Below, in pieces: positions 1 to 11,949 of a DNA stretch of 64,000 nucleotides; positions within the stretch are counted from its first letter, which is position 1; every line of letters begins with the position of its first letter. The translations under genes were made by a program, and so were the position numbers. Location of the stretch: the NCBI GenBank assembly GCA_964016885.1, contig OZ024745.1, positions 18,042,001 to 18,106,000 on the forward strand, read 5' to 3'. The notes beneath the pieces are model-generated. The model was given only the letters and a program-made list of their open reading frames with translations. It did no database searches and had not been told where the DNA came from. This DNA comes from Eledone cirrhosa. Lineage: Eukaryota.

Positions 1-1350
1 TATGGGGTTTGAGGGCGAGGTAATTCCTACGCAATCTGTGTTTGCATGCAGTTACCAGTTCGTCTTTCTTGTTTAGGAGTTGGTCCGTCGAAAACAGCAT
101 TTGTAAAGTTTCCTCCGAGCATAAATTGCACGGACGGCGTTCTCCCTGGTAAGAGTTGGCTCTGGACAGTAAGCTCCAAGTGAGATCATAGGTAATATTG
201 TTATCTTTGAGGTCCCAGATGTGGCCCGAACGTGTGGTGGCGTGACGCCGAGCCGGGTTTCGGAAAGTATGTCTGTGTTGGTATAGCCGGGTCTTGAAGT
301 CACATGCGGTTAATCCTATATAAGCTTTGTTGGAGATGTCCGTCCTCACGTTGCGCTGGTAGATCACATTACGATATCTGCATCTGTTGTCGAGGAGGCA
401 AATGGATCCATCAGGACAGTTGCACCTCCTGGTCGGCTCTCCACTGCTATTTAGGTTATTTCTTCCATAGGGATTGAGATTTTTGTTGTTAGAGGAGACG
501 ATGTTTTGTGCAAAGTTTGGTGTGGTGCTGTAGGAGAGTTTGATGGTATTTTTGTTGATTATATTGTGGTAGCGGTGTTGTAGTGGGAAGTGTTTTTCGA
601 TGAGACGAAAGAAGATTTTTCCCGATAGGAGCTGTCACCTCGGCGTTGTGGGGAGGACTGAACCATGTTACATTGCGTGAGCGGTGGTGTCGCTTGCTGG
701 TTCCGCTAAAGGAAGCTGGACAGTAGGATATTTCTTCCCGGAAACCACTCCGCTTGAGGGCCTGGTTGTAATAAGGCACATGTTCCCCGAATATCTGCTC
801 ATTAGCGGACAAACGAGATATGCGGAGGGAGATGTTTTTAACCAGGTTATTGGTGACGTTCCTAGGATGGTTTGACCGGCGGTGGATGTAGTGCAGGTTG
901 TCGTTGGGTTTCCTGTATGGGTAGTACAGCTCATTATCGAGGTCAAGGGTAACGTCCAGGAAGTTTACTCGGGTCAGGGACGTTTGTAGGGTTATTTTAA
1001 ATCCCCAGTCGCGGAAGAAGCTGATTAATTGTTTACGGACCCGATCTGTACTACTGGGGTTGTACCCTTTAAGGGTAAGGAGCCCATCATCACGGTACAA
1101 TCCACCGCCGAATGCAGTAAACATATCGGTGAGTTTAATTAGTAGGAATAATCCTATAAGATCTGTAACCTCAGCCGAATCCGTCGCGCCCATGCCGACG
1201 TCGAAGGGTTAGTCGGGAGCTCTCTTTATCCATTTGGAGTTGTCGAAAAGTAGGAGTGTCTTCCTGGCGTGGAGGATGAAGTTTCTTTCCTGTTGGGTGA
1301 TGGGCTCAAGTGTCTCGGCAAAGTCCAAGGCAGCCGTAAATAGCGGTAAG
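1..1350 (-). mobile_element. Penelope-like retroelement (Naiad-type), 5'-truncated RT + GIY-YIG endonuclease, disrupted
   Basis: Minus-strand translation: ...HARKTLLLFDNSKWIK..*PFDVGMGATDSAEVTDLIGLFLL...GLYRDDGL...VNFLDVTLDL...YRKPND...IHRRSNHP (PLE RT). After a frameshift near 620: IEKHFP..HRYHNIINKNTIKLSYS..CNCPDGSICLLDNRC..VIYQ...AYIGLT..FKTRLYQH..HIWDLK..CNLCSEE..LLNKKDELVTACKH, running off the window edge. Confidence 0.9.
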
Positions 1351-2342
1351 GTAATTTCTACATTTCTTAGTGGTATCTCTGCTTTACTTTAATTTCTCGT
1401 ATATCAGTTTTTTTATTTAGGTGGGGGGGGGGCTTTCTGAATTAATTTACCGTATCAAATTTTTCATATACCTCGTACGAGCATTTATGTAGTTTGCACT
1501 AGAATTTTTGTATCGTAGCGGCACCCTTAGAGATAGTATTAGTATTCATTTTCGGGATTCTGAATTATTATTTCGTATTAGTTTATTTTTTGCACTTGGT
1601 GGTTGCTGGCCTTGTGCCTAGGGTGGAAACATTTATTTCGTATTAGTTTCGGGACTCTGAATTATTATTTCGTGGTAGTTTCATTAGTATTTTGGCCACC
1701 CAATTGTTGACCTGTCACCGTAAGATATACTCAGTGGATTACTACTAACTCTTAAAATGGTCTCATTACAATTCCGTCCCACCTAGTAAACTTTTCTATA
1801 GTTTAGCAGTACCAGTGAGAGAATTGATGACTGTCGTTAGGGTATAGTCACCAGAAATTGTTTTTTTATATTTTTAACATTGTTGGTATTCTTCTATATA
1901 TTTACTCCATATTGATTTACTTATTGTTTCAACTTCCTCCCCCACCCCTCCCTAGTATACTTGCTTGACCTCCTGCCCTGGTGTAGTTGGTACTATCAAC
2001 GCACGGCTGGGTTTCCTCCACCCCCTCTCCCACTTTCTTCTACTGGCAGGTTCAGCTACCCCTTCCTTCCACAAATTGCCATGATAGAATTATGTGTCTC
2101 AACAACAAACTTTTGACCAATCCTTGTGACAATCACTTTTACCATATATGGAATTACCCCCTGAGAAGCTCCGTTATTCATATACCAGGATAACATTTTT
2201 TATTTAGTCCAGAATTAGCCGTCGAAACGGCTTGAGCTCAGCCGTCGGGGTCCTACTCGTTCCTATTACCCACTCTACTGCCCTAAGTATTGAGTACTTT
2301 GATGTGTTATGGTCCACCTGGTTCCTTACCACATTTCTTTTG

Positions 2343-2345
<3 letters not shown>
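1351..2345 (+). mobile_element. Probable inverted pseudo-LTR of the adjacent Penelope-like element
   Basis: Abuts the 5'-truncation point of the RT and ends in (TA)n. It carries an HHR-like motif on the strand opposite the ORF and a short internal duplication (ttcgggattctgaattattatttcg at ~1551 and ~1648). Same layout as 29.2-31.9 kb. Confidence 0.55.
2156..2251 (+). ncRNA. Degenerate type-I hammerhead ribozyme motif
   Basis: acccc-CTGAGAA-(long, weak stem II)-GAAA-cggct..agccg-TC-ggggt. Stems I and III pair, but the core has a C3/A8 mismatch. The 3' half recurs at ~6047-6105. Confidence 0.5.
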
Positions 2346-2422
<77 letters not shown>

Positions 2423-4713
2423 ATGTGTGTGTGTATGCGTGCGTTTATATGTAGTTATTACGGAGTTACTTCATGCTGAACACCTGAAAGTGTTTCATAT
2501 TTTCATGTAACATTAATTCATTGTAATTGGAATTCTCTTCCGGCTTCTTGTAAAAAATGTAAAAGCAGCGTTAAACTTCATCTTCACTCTCCTTCAATTA
2601 ATTTCATTCTTTCTTGTCATTTTCCCTTCACGGAAACCCCCTGTGACATGCATATTATTTCCATGAGTAGGTCATTCTATTGATCGAACTAGTAGAATAT
2701 GTTTCCTGCTTAGAATGGATAATTGTAGGCAAGAGAATTATAATCAACTTTAACGATCTACGTGTATTTTTTTTAAATGAAAGCTAGAGGTAATTCACCT
2801 GCATTTCTGTATTGTATTGATGTGTTGATCGACTTCGCACAAAGCTCAAGTACTTTAAAGGAATAATAAGTGATCTACTGGCGCTCTTAAATAGATTGAC
2901 AAGGCACATAATCTCGGATAACATTCATCTTTCCTTAACTCTTCCATTCTCTCTATCAAGCTCTTTTCCCTATTTCTCATTCACAGCCTCTCTATATATT
3001 TTATAGTTTTTGTAATTTTGTTTTTCCGTTCATGAATTAATTTTCTGAACTACTGTTGCCTTTAGTAGAGTTTTATAAATCGAATCCTTTACGGATATGA
3101 AAAATCGAAGAAAAATATTAGAGATATAATCTATTTTTACAGCTTTACAAAACAACATGCAACTACCATTTCGTAATCACAAACCAAATGGGAATATGTG
3201 TTCGACAGAACGTGCATTTCAAAGCCATTGAACTCACTGTTATTACGTAATCCTCTGTGGTTCGTATAACATTTCACTTGAATGAGGTTTTCATGGGCCG
3301 TTTATATATTGGCACGTTAATGCATTAAACAAGAATATATTGATCATATGGAAATCCCCAGCACAACCTTGGCTGTAGATGCGGTGATACTAATCCTTAA
3401 ATGCATCATACTATCGGGCTGGTTATATTAATTTGGTTTGTCTATGTTCTTGTATCAAGCTGTGGTTATTTTGCTGATATTTTGTTATATTACGATTGAT
3501 AGTGGGTAATATTGTTCTTAATGTAAAGTTGTTTGAACAATTTGAATGTTCATTGCTCTCAAATATCTCCTGATACCAGTTAGAATCAGTGCCGGAATAC
3601 ACTTAAAATCCATTACAGTTGTAAGTCTGAGACAGATGGTGGTATGTATAAAAATAAGGCATTAATATTTATACATGTGAAATTGATTTGCTATTGGAGA
3701 TCTTATAATGATTAACTTAACGTGAATAGCTTTATGTAAGCTAAATACACAACAGAAACTATGTAATGTGTAATACTTGAGGTGTCATACAGTGCTTTGT
3801 TTCAGTGAGACATACGCCTTTGAGGTGCATGTTTAGAGCTAAATAAACTGAATTGTTAACTGCTGAATAATATGACTGCGAAACAAAATTATGAGGAGTT
3901 GTAATAGGGCATGGACTTCTGTAACTCCTTTGTGTGGTTTCCTTGTACCAAACACCTCAATGAAGGGATCATTTGATCCGACAATTTTTTATAATGTTGC
4001 TTCTATTATGTATAATCTCTGATATAGTCACTCATGTAGTCGGTTATATTACAGTGTCTGCTCATTTCTCTTGATTGAGGTTGTTGCTATGGTTACAATT
4101 TATGCACAGATTTGTATTTATATTCTTCCTCCACCGCCATCACCAGCAAATCTATTAGAATATGAAAATATGTGATGTTATTTATTTGCTTGTTAGCCCT
4201 TGTTTACAGCGAGTACCTGGATATTTCTAAGCTCAAATCTACTAAACATGGCGCTCTACTAGTTCTGAACTCATGATGTCGTATGTTACAACAATGTGCT
4301 AAAGCAGTTTTGTTGTAGATGATGATTATCAGAAATAGGCTCAGTTAAAAGCAATTATAAAAATTTTGATAATTTGTACAAATATATTACATCAATAAAA
4401 TATAAGAATCGTTCCATTGGCTTCCTTTTGCTATAACAGGGATACAATGATGCGAAACTATAGATGGGAATGGACGGAAAGAGAGAATAAGGTTTGAATT
4501 ATTGTAATTCGATTATGAATCAGGAAATATGATGTGGATGGTATTTGTTCTAGCAAAATAGGCGGCAAATAATGACGATGTATTCAGATCTACTATATAC
4601 GATTAATGTGAAATTATGCATGTTATAAAGCGAAGAAATAAATATAATATAAAGGCTATACTTTTAATAGAATTAATTCTCACATCCAACATAATACGTA
4701 TATAAAACACACG

Positions 4714-4796
<83 letters not shown>

Positions 4797-4963
4797 TATA
4801 CTCAGCTTATCTACTTGTGTAGTTGTGGTAGTTTAGGGTATGTAGCCAGGGAGATGTCTATATGAAAATAATGTATGTATGGGGAGTATTGTTAGGGTTT
4901 AAAATGAAAGAATGTTAAGAATGTTAGCAGGCAATTATATATATGTGTGTTGTGTGTGTGTGT

Positions 4964-4995
<32 letters not shown>

Positions 4996-5029
4996 TTGTG
5001 TGCGGAATAAAATGTTTATTTATATATAT

Positions 5030-5128
<99 letters not shown>

Positions 5129-5672
5129 TGTGTGTGTGTAATTGTGTACCCATAGTTGGAACATATTTTGAGTTTAGTATATTCGATGTTTTCTTATTCG
5201 ACTAACATTGACTCAACGTAAACGTTCTTATTATCAACATCCCATTACTCTTTCTATATTTCCACCATTGATCATATTATCAGATAACTGAAGAATTAGA
5301 TCTGTTTGTTGCTTTTTTCCATAGAATTGTTATTAAGTTATCTCTTACAGAGTGACGCAACAATAATTACATTTTGGTTTCTTTTATGCTATATAAATCT
5401 TATTAACACATTTGATGGTCTTGATAAGCTGCATAGTAATATTTCTTTCTCGAATTGTTATTGTATTTCTTTATATTGTAGTGTAATAGTATATTGTACT
5501 GCTGTAAGTCTTTAACTGCTACAGAATATTAGTCGATAAAAGGAAATATCTACCATTTTGTACCAACGTTTAAAATATTTAGTGTAAAATCATCAAAACT
5601 CTCAAATGTGTGTTCGCCTGTGTGTGCGTGTGTGTGTGTGTGTGTGCATATGTGTATAACTGTATATATGTG

Positions 5673-5826
<154 letters not shown>

Positions 5827-5996
5827 TAAACGGAAAAGAAAATGCTGACAAATTGTTCCCAGTGAAAAATAGTTTAATTAGGAATAAGTAAAAATTAGTA
5901 ATAGTATTGGTTAGTATTCAGTTTTGGTTTTAAGTTTTACCGGTTGCCCATTTCTAATGCTTTTCAATATATATATTTATTAAAATAACAGATTAA

Positions 5997-6047
5997 AGTT
6001 TAAGCAAAGAATCGCTGCTTTCACCCTTAACGGGATCTTCTGAAACT
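5997..6047 (-). ncRNA. Hammerhead-like motif, CAGAAGA (U4A) core variant
   Basis: Minus strand: agttt-CAGAAGA-tccc gttaa gggt-GAAA-gca..tgc-TT-aaact. Same family at 28242, 39895 and 39974. Confidence 0.6.
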
Positions 6048-6103
6048 AGTCCAGAATTAGCCGTCGAAATGGCTTGAACTCAGCCGTCGGGGTCCTACTC
6101 GTT

Positions 6104-6137
<34 letters not shown>

Positions 6138-6250
6138 TAGATAGATAACTTGAGGGCCGCCGACCGAACTAGAAGCTGCTAAATGTGTGGCCGCCTTCTA
6201 ATCACTCTGCTTTTCAGCCCTATGGATTATATTCCTTTGTTAAATTTCGA

Positions 6251-6308
6251 ATACCTGATGATGTCACTGGATTCATATTGAACCCGGTCATTGAAATGTT
6301 CATAGAAT
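6251..6308 (+). ncRNA. Degenerate hammerhead motif
   Basis: atac-CTGATGA-(stem II hairpin)-GAAA-tgttca-TA-gaat. Intact core, one mismatch in stem I. Confidence 0.5.
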
Positions 6309-6525
6309 AATAAACCTTTAAGGAATTACACCAGTCCAGCCACCTGTTATGTTATAATAATTAACTCCGTACTCGAAACCACCAACAACACAAACGAAGG
6401 CGGGTGAGTCGCATTACGTCGACTGCTCTCCCTAATATTACATTGAGATTGACCATACGGAATGAATAGTTCTATCCAACGGTGAACCAACAAACATAAA
6501 TATATATATATATATATATAATTTC

Positions 6526-7752
6526 AATACAATAACAGAGATAGTTTAAAGCTAATCTCTGACTGGTAACCATCTCACTCAACAAACATTAGGTTATATT
6601 TTAATATAAACCCAATTTAAGTGTTTGGGGTGCTAATAATATGTATTATGTGGAAAAGCCAGTTGTATTATTTTATGAGATATAATTAAAGTTAAAATAC
6701 ATCTCTCTTTCCAAACAATTGTTTCATTATAAGTTTTCTACAAATTCGGAGAATATTTCCAGTTTATGTAGAAGCCTAATATACATTCATGTAAGAATAT
6801 ATTTAGGTGGGCGCTTATAAATCATCAGTGGAAGCCCAATAAACTTTGATATAAGAAAAACATTTCTTACCGCAGTTAAAAATCGTGTCCGTTAAGTTGC
6901 TCCTACCCGCATCGAATGACCGGCAAATTTGAAATTCTAGCAGGTTTTGACTGAGGAAGTATTATAGCGTCACTAAGCGGGAAGGGGAGACAACTACGAT
7001 CCACGAAAGGAGGAAAAATATAATATACACGCGGGTTAATCAGTTTTTTCGAAAACATTATCAATCCAACGTGTTAAGAACTCAATTGAAATTAAAAAAA
7101 TAAATATATGCGTGTATAAATTACACACGCATATAGATATTTTCTTAGGCTAAAAACAGAGGTTGTACCTGAATAAGAAACCGCATCTCGTAACCGTAGT
7201 AAATACGGAAAGTTATGCTTTAAAGGGCAAATGGGAATGTAAATCTCCGGCCGAATTAAGAGTACAATATGAAACACACGCGGGTTAATTAGTTATTTCA
7301 AACTAATATCAATTCCTCGTGTAAAGAACTCAATTAATTTTAAAAAATAAATGTATGCATGTAATTATATACATAGGCATATATATATTTTCTTAGGCTA
7401 AAAAACAGAGAAGTTACAAGCAATAAAAACCACAATATCGCACAACAGTAATACATACGGAAAGTCAAATTTATAAGGTACCTGGAAATAAACACCTCTG
7501 GCTAATCAAGAGTAAAATATTAATACAATAACAGAGATAGTTTAAAGCTAATCTCTGACTGGTAACCATCTCACTCAACAAACATTAGGTTAATTTTAAT
7601 ATAAACCCAATTTAAGTGTTTGGGGTGCTAACAATATGTATTATGTGGAAAAGCCAGTTGTATTATTTTATGAGATATAATTAAAGTTAAAATATATCTC
7701 TCTTTCCAAACAATTGTTTCATTATAAGTTTTCTACAAATTTCTACAAATTC
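6526..7752. repeat. Partial tandem duplication (~996-bp period; ~225-bp direct repeats) with internal diverged ~250-bp duplicate
   Basis: 6526-6747 is repeated almost exactly at 7522-7752. 7025-7272 resembles 7273-7520. Confidence 0.8.
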
Positions 7753-7759
7753 CGGTGGC

Positions 7760-7847
<88 letters not shown>

Positions 7848-7853
<6 letters not shown>

Positions 7854-8318
7854 GCCACCGGAAATAACATCTGTTATATATACAGCGCCATCTACCTGTT
7901 AGTTAGCTACCTCAACGTGAAACAAAAGAACCCTTGAAAGCTACCAGAATAAGCACCTACACAGCGGCTAAACATCAAACGATTATTTCTGTATAAATAA
8001 AGTGGTTCCAAACACTTCGCCAGTCGACATTTGGCAGAGTCAACTCGCGTATCGTTGTCTCTCGCCTCTGCCACGCTTTGTCACTCACACACGCCTTGTA
8101 CCTCGTATCGTCGCTTGATGTGAAAATAAATAGCTGATCGAATTTACACCTCGCCTTACTTCGTCCTTTCAACTTGTGCTTTCGTCTGTCCATCCTCAAC
8201 AGTTCTTTTAAGGGCTATCTTCAGATCTGATCAGACCGTATGCGATAACAGTCCTTCTAAGGGCTATTCTCGGATTTGATCAGAAGTAGTGACCAGACTG
8301 ACTAACCACGTCGCTACA
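7848..8318 (+). repeat. 5' LTR of gypsy element
   Basis: Begins TGTA and ends TACA, two nt before the PBS. Contains AATAAA. Partial second copy at 10327-10385. Confidence 0.7.
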
Positions 8319-8320
8319 AT

Positions 8321-8333
8321 TGGTGACCCGAAC
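8321..8333 (+). promoter_or_regulatory. Primer binding site, tRNA-Trp-like
   Basis: TGGTGACCCGAAC immediately after the LTR; resembles the complement of the tRNA-Trp 3' end (TGGTGACCCCGAC). Confidence 0.75.
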
Positions 8334-8377
8334 GCTGGTCGAACGCGCAACCAGACAGCACCTAAGAAAATACCAAC

Positions 8378-10320
8378 ATGGACATGTCGCAACCAACGAC
8401 AGAGGCCGAGATTTCAGAGCTGTGGGCTATGATCAGAGAGCGGGCTGGAATCAAGTAGAGAACTTGACCTTTCAAACACACCGGCGACGCAGCAACAGTC
8501 GATCCAGGCTTTTTCACAGTCGAAGCTCCAGAAGTCCCAGTCAAAATCGTGTGCCTGGCAACCTCTGCTGGTATCATTCAAATTTCGGCGCACAGGCATC
8601 TAAGTGCAAAGCCCCGTGCTCTTTCCGGAATACCACGCAGGGCCTAGCGACGATGTTCACCCCTGGTACTGAAAAGAAAAGTCTATTTGTTATTAACGAC
8701 CAGGCGACAGGCATCCGTTACCTCGTGGATACAGGAGCCCAGGTTAATGTTATTCCTGTTTCACTAATCTCGGGCAAGAGACACCCAACCCCGTCCTTTC
8801 TGCAGGCAGTGAACCGATCGTCAATTCCGACTTTCGGGGGAAAATCACTGACCCTCAATTTAGGCCTGAGGCGGCGTTATCAATGGGTGTTCGTCGTGGC
8901 AGACATGCCGACCCCGATCCTAGGAGCTGATTTTCTCCACCACTTCAATCTTCTGGTGGATATGAAGAACCGGAGGCTTATTGACACCACCACAAACCTC
9001 ACTGTGAGAGGTATATTTACCACGCAATCCACAGTGAGCCCTGTAATTTGCCAGTCAGAGCCTTCGCGGTACAACGGCATTCTCCAGAAATACCCAGACA
9101 TCACTCGCCCGGTATTTAAGGATGGTCCTATTAAACATAGTGTCACGCACCACATCGAGACAAGGGTACCACCCACAGCTACCCGACCAAGGAGACTGCC
9201 TCCATACCGATTGAGAATCGCCAAGCAGGAGTTCCAACACATGCTGGACCTCGTAATCATTCGCCCTTCTGCACCCATATACCTTGTTTAAGAAAAAAAA
9301 CGAGAATGATTTGCGACCATGTGGGGATTATCGCGCACGTAACAATTCTACAGTGCCCGATAATTACCCTGTACCTCACCTGCACGAAATTCTGCCTCTC
9401 TGCAAGGCGCACGCGTCTTTTCCAAGATAGATTTGGTGCGTGCATATAACCAGATAACTATGGAGCCTGCAGATATTCCGAAGACCGCAATCACAACACC
9501 GTTCGCGCAACGTTGCACACACTTTTCAGCGGTTTATTGACACCGTGTTACGCGATCTACCCTTCGTATACGCGTATATTGACGACGTGCTGGTAGCAAG
9601 TACTTCCGAGCAAGAGCCAGAGAAGCACTTACATCTCCTTTTCCAACGTTTGGCTGAGTACGGTATCATCATCAACCCCAGTAAGTGCCTTCTCGGCGTT
9701 CCTTCACTGTCCTTCCCGGGCACATCATCGATAAAGACGGCATTCGTCCACTTCCCGAGAAAGTAGAAGCTATCCGCAGTTTTCCCGCACCTACATCACT
9801 TCGGAAACTGCGTGAATTCCTCGGTCTGGTGATTTTTTTATAGGCGTTTTATCCCTCATTGTTCCGACGCAGCCAGACTCCTCACGGACCTTCTTCGTAA
9901 CCGGACTCGCAAAAACGGAGAGATCACTCTAAACGAGGAAGAATTAACATCTTTTAACCGCCTGAAGGAAATGTTGGCAAACGCTTCCATGCTCGTTTTC
10001 CCCAGGTCTGGCGCTCCTCTTTCGCTGCTAGTAGACGCATCAGACACGGGGGTTGGAGGCGTTCTACAACAACATGCTACGGCGTGTGGCAACCCTTATC
10101 CTTCTTTTCTAAGCGGTTGCAACCGGCAGAAACAAAATACAGTCCCTTTGGCCGCGAACTCATGGCAACCTATCTTTCGGTTAAGCATTTTGGGCACATG
10201 CTCGAAGGATCCGACACCTGGATTTTGTCTCCCTATATTCAACTGATATTCGGCATATCAAGGGATCAGACAACGTAGCAGCCGACGCCCTGTCCCGAAT
10301 CCAGCTGAACGCAATACATG
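8378..10320 (+). pseudogene. gag-pol remnant (Gag zinc knuckle, protease, RT, RNase H) with frameshifts and deletions
   Basis: ORFs 8320-9291, 9545-9766, 9971-10246 and 10084-10278 give consecutive pol motifs in different frames, ending HIKGSDNVAADALSR. Confidence 0.85.
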
Positions 10321-10385
10321 TGCAATACACTTCGCCAGTCGACATTTGGCAGAGTCAACTCGCGTATCGTTGTCCCTCGCCTCTT

Positions 10386-10537
10386 TGACAGGTTTTGTTT
10401 TTAGTCCTACAGGATGTCCAGTCTCCCTCCCCACCAAGAAACCTTGGTGGGGTTGCTAGTTTAGTCGCCAACGACCCGATTATGACACAGGTTGTACTGG
10501 GATACATATTACCAGTAGCACCAACTGGTGACCTGAC
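10386..10537 (-). mobile_element. 5' end fragment of an RTE-related repeat (same family as 54074-54683)
   Basis: Reverse complement aligns with 54074-54230 (atgtcaggtcaccagttggtgctactgg...aaacctgtcaaa). Confidence 0.75.
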
Positions 10538-10615
<78 letters not shown>

Positions 10616-10622
<7 letters not shown>

Positions 10623-10723
10623 TGCCCCCCTCGTTATCGAGTATGGCCATTGCACGAGAAGAAAAAAAAAAAAAAAATAATAATAAATAAATAAAAGGAA
10701 AATAAAAATTAAAAAAAGAAAAG

Positions 10724-10815
<92 letters not shown>

Positions 10816-10834
10816 ACACACATACATTAATAAC

Positions 10835-10866
<32 letters not shown>

Positions 10867-11372
10867 CAATAATAATAACTACAACAACAATAATAATATA
10901 CATATACATATATATATACACACACACGCACGCACATAAGCATATCTACACACACACACACACGATAGCAACTAACAGCGCTGCGATCGAATGTGGCTTT
11001 TTAGCCCAGCCAATGATCTAAAATGTCTTGCACAGAGTCGGCAACCAAAACATTCACTGGGAATAGTCGGCTGTGGTTGGAGTTCGTGTACTTTTGCATG
11101 TCGCTTGAGCCCTCCTGCTGATTCACATTACCTACCACATGTTTGGCAAGCATGGTGAGTAGCATCTCCAACAGCAGCCTGATAGTCAACCACTGGTCTT
11201 ACTTTATGACTGCGAAGATGACTTTCGAGTCCAGCTTTGCTTAGGCAGAGTCTCGCACATACGCTGCATGTCAGCACCATAGGAGGACCCTCGCCGTCTG
11301 GAAGTGCAACAGCAATGCCCTTCCTCACATCCTGCTTTACTTTCTCGTATGCGATTCGAGATGCCTCAAAGA
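10616..11372 (-). mobile_element. 3' fragment of RTE-type LINE encoding three C2H2 zinc fingers
   Basis: FEASRIAYEKVKQDVRK...CSVCARLCLSKAGLESHLRSH...CQTCGR*CESAGGLKRHAKVH...CRLCARHFRSLAGLKSHIRSQ (11370-10972). The 3' tail tggccatactcgataacgagggggcagccatcat (10616-10650) also occurs at 35009-35042 and, diverged, at 54651-54684. Confidence 0.7.
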
Positions 11373-11412
11373 CATATATATATACATACATATATATATA
11401 TGTATGTATATA

Positions 11413-11479
<67 letters not shown>

Positions 11480-11664
11480 AAGTGTGTGTGTGTGTGTGTC
11501 TGTTTGTGTGTATGTATATATAGCAATAAGAATATTTATATTTATATATGTTTAATACAACTATAAATATGGAGAGTAGTACTAAGTACTACCCGGTTAC
11601 CGGTATGCCAATAGGCTCAATTCAAATTTTCAAGTGTTTTACAGGGCCGAGATAGAAAATGTTA

Positions 11665-11949
11665 AAACGATCAAATTTTAGTTTAGAACATTTATTTGCT
11701 GACAATTGTTTCTTCCAGGGGGAAGTCTGGTTTCATCGGAGCATAAGGAAAGTCGAAACATGTGACTAAAATCCTATTCATTCAGAACATTTAGGGTACA
11801 TATTTGTTGTTATGTAAAATAAATGTTCTGAATGACTAGGATTTTAGACACATCTTTTGACATTCCCTATGCTCCGATAATTCCACACGTCCCTCTGGAA
11901 GAAACAATTGTCAGAAAATAAATGTTCTAAACTAAAATTTGATCGTTTC
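11665..11949. repeat. Fold-back inverted repeat (~130-bp arms), each arm with an HHR-like motif
   Basis: 11665-11792 is the reverse complement of 11820-11949 (diverged). Confidence 0.8.
11697..11743 (-). ncRNA. Hammerhead motif, CCGATGA (U4C) core, palindromic stem III
   Basis: tgct-CCGATGA-aaccag..ctggaa-GAAA-caattg-TC-agca. More degenerate mirror copy at 11870-11916 (+). Confidence 0.6.

Larger units (their letters stand above)
7848..10385 (+). mobile_element. Internally deleted Ty3/gypsy LTR retrotransposon, CsRn1/Kabuki-like
   Basis: 5' LTR TGTA...TACA (7848-8318), PBS TGGTGACCCG, Gag CHCC motif CWYH..FG...KC..PC, protease DTG, RT YIDD (~9575), RNase H DAS..G.GGVLQQ/ELMA. An LTR fragment at 10327-10385 matches 8011-8069. 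Integrase is absent. Confidence 0.9.

Noticed and set aside
7028-7322. Two possible U3-A8 HHRs on the minus strand
   Set aside because: Stem II and III cannot be formed convincingly; better described as imperfect hairpins.
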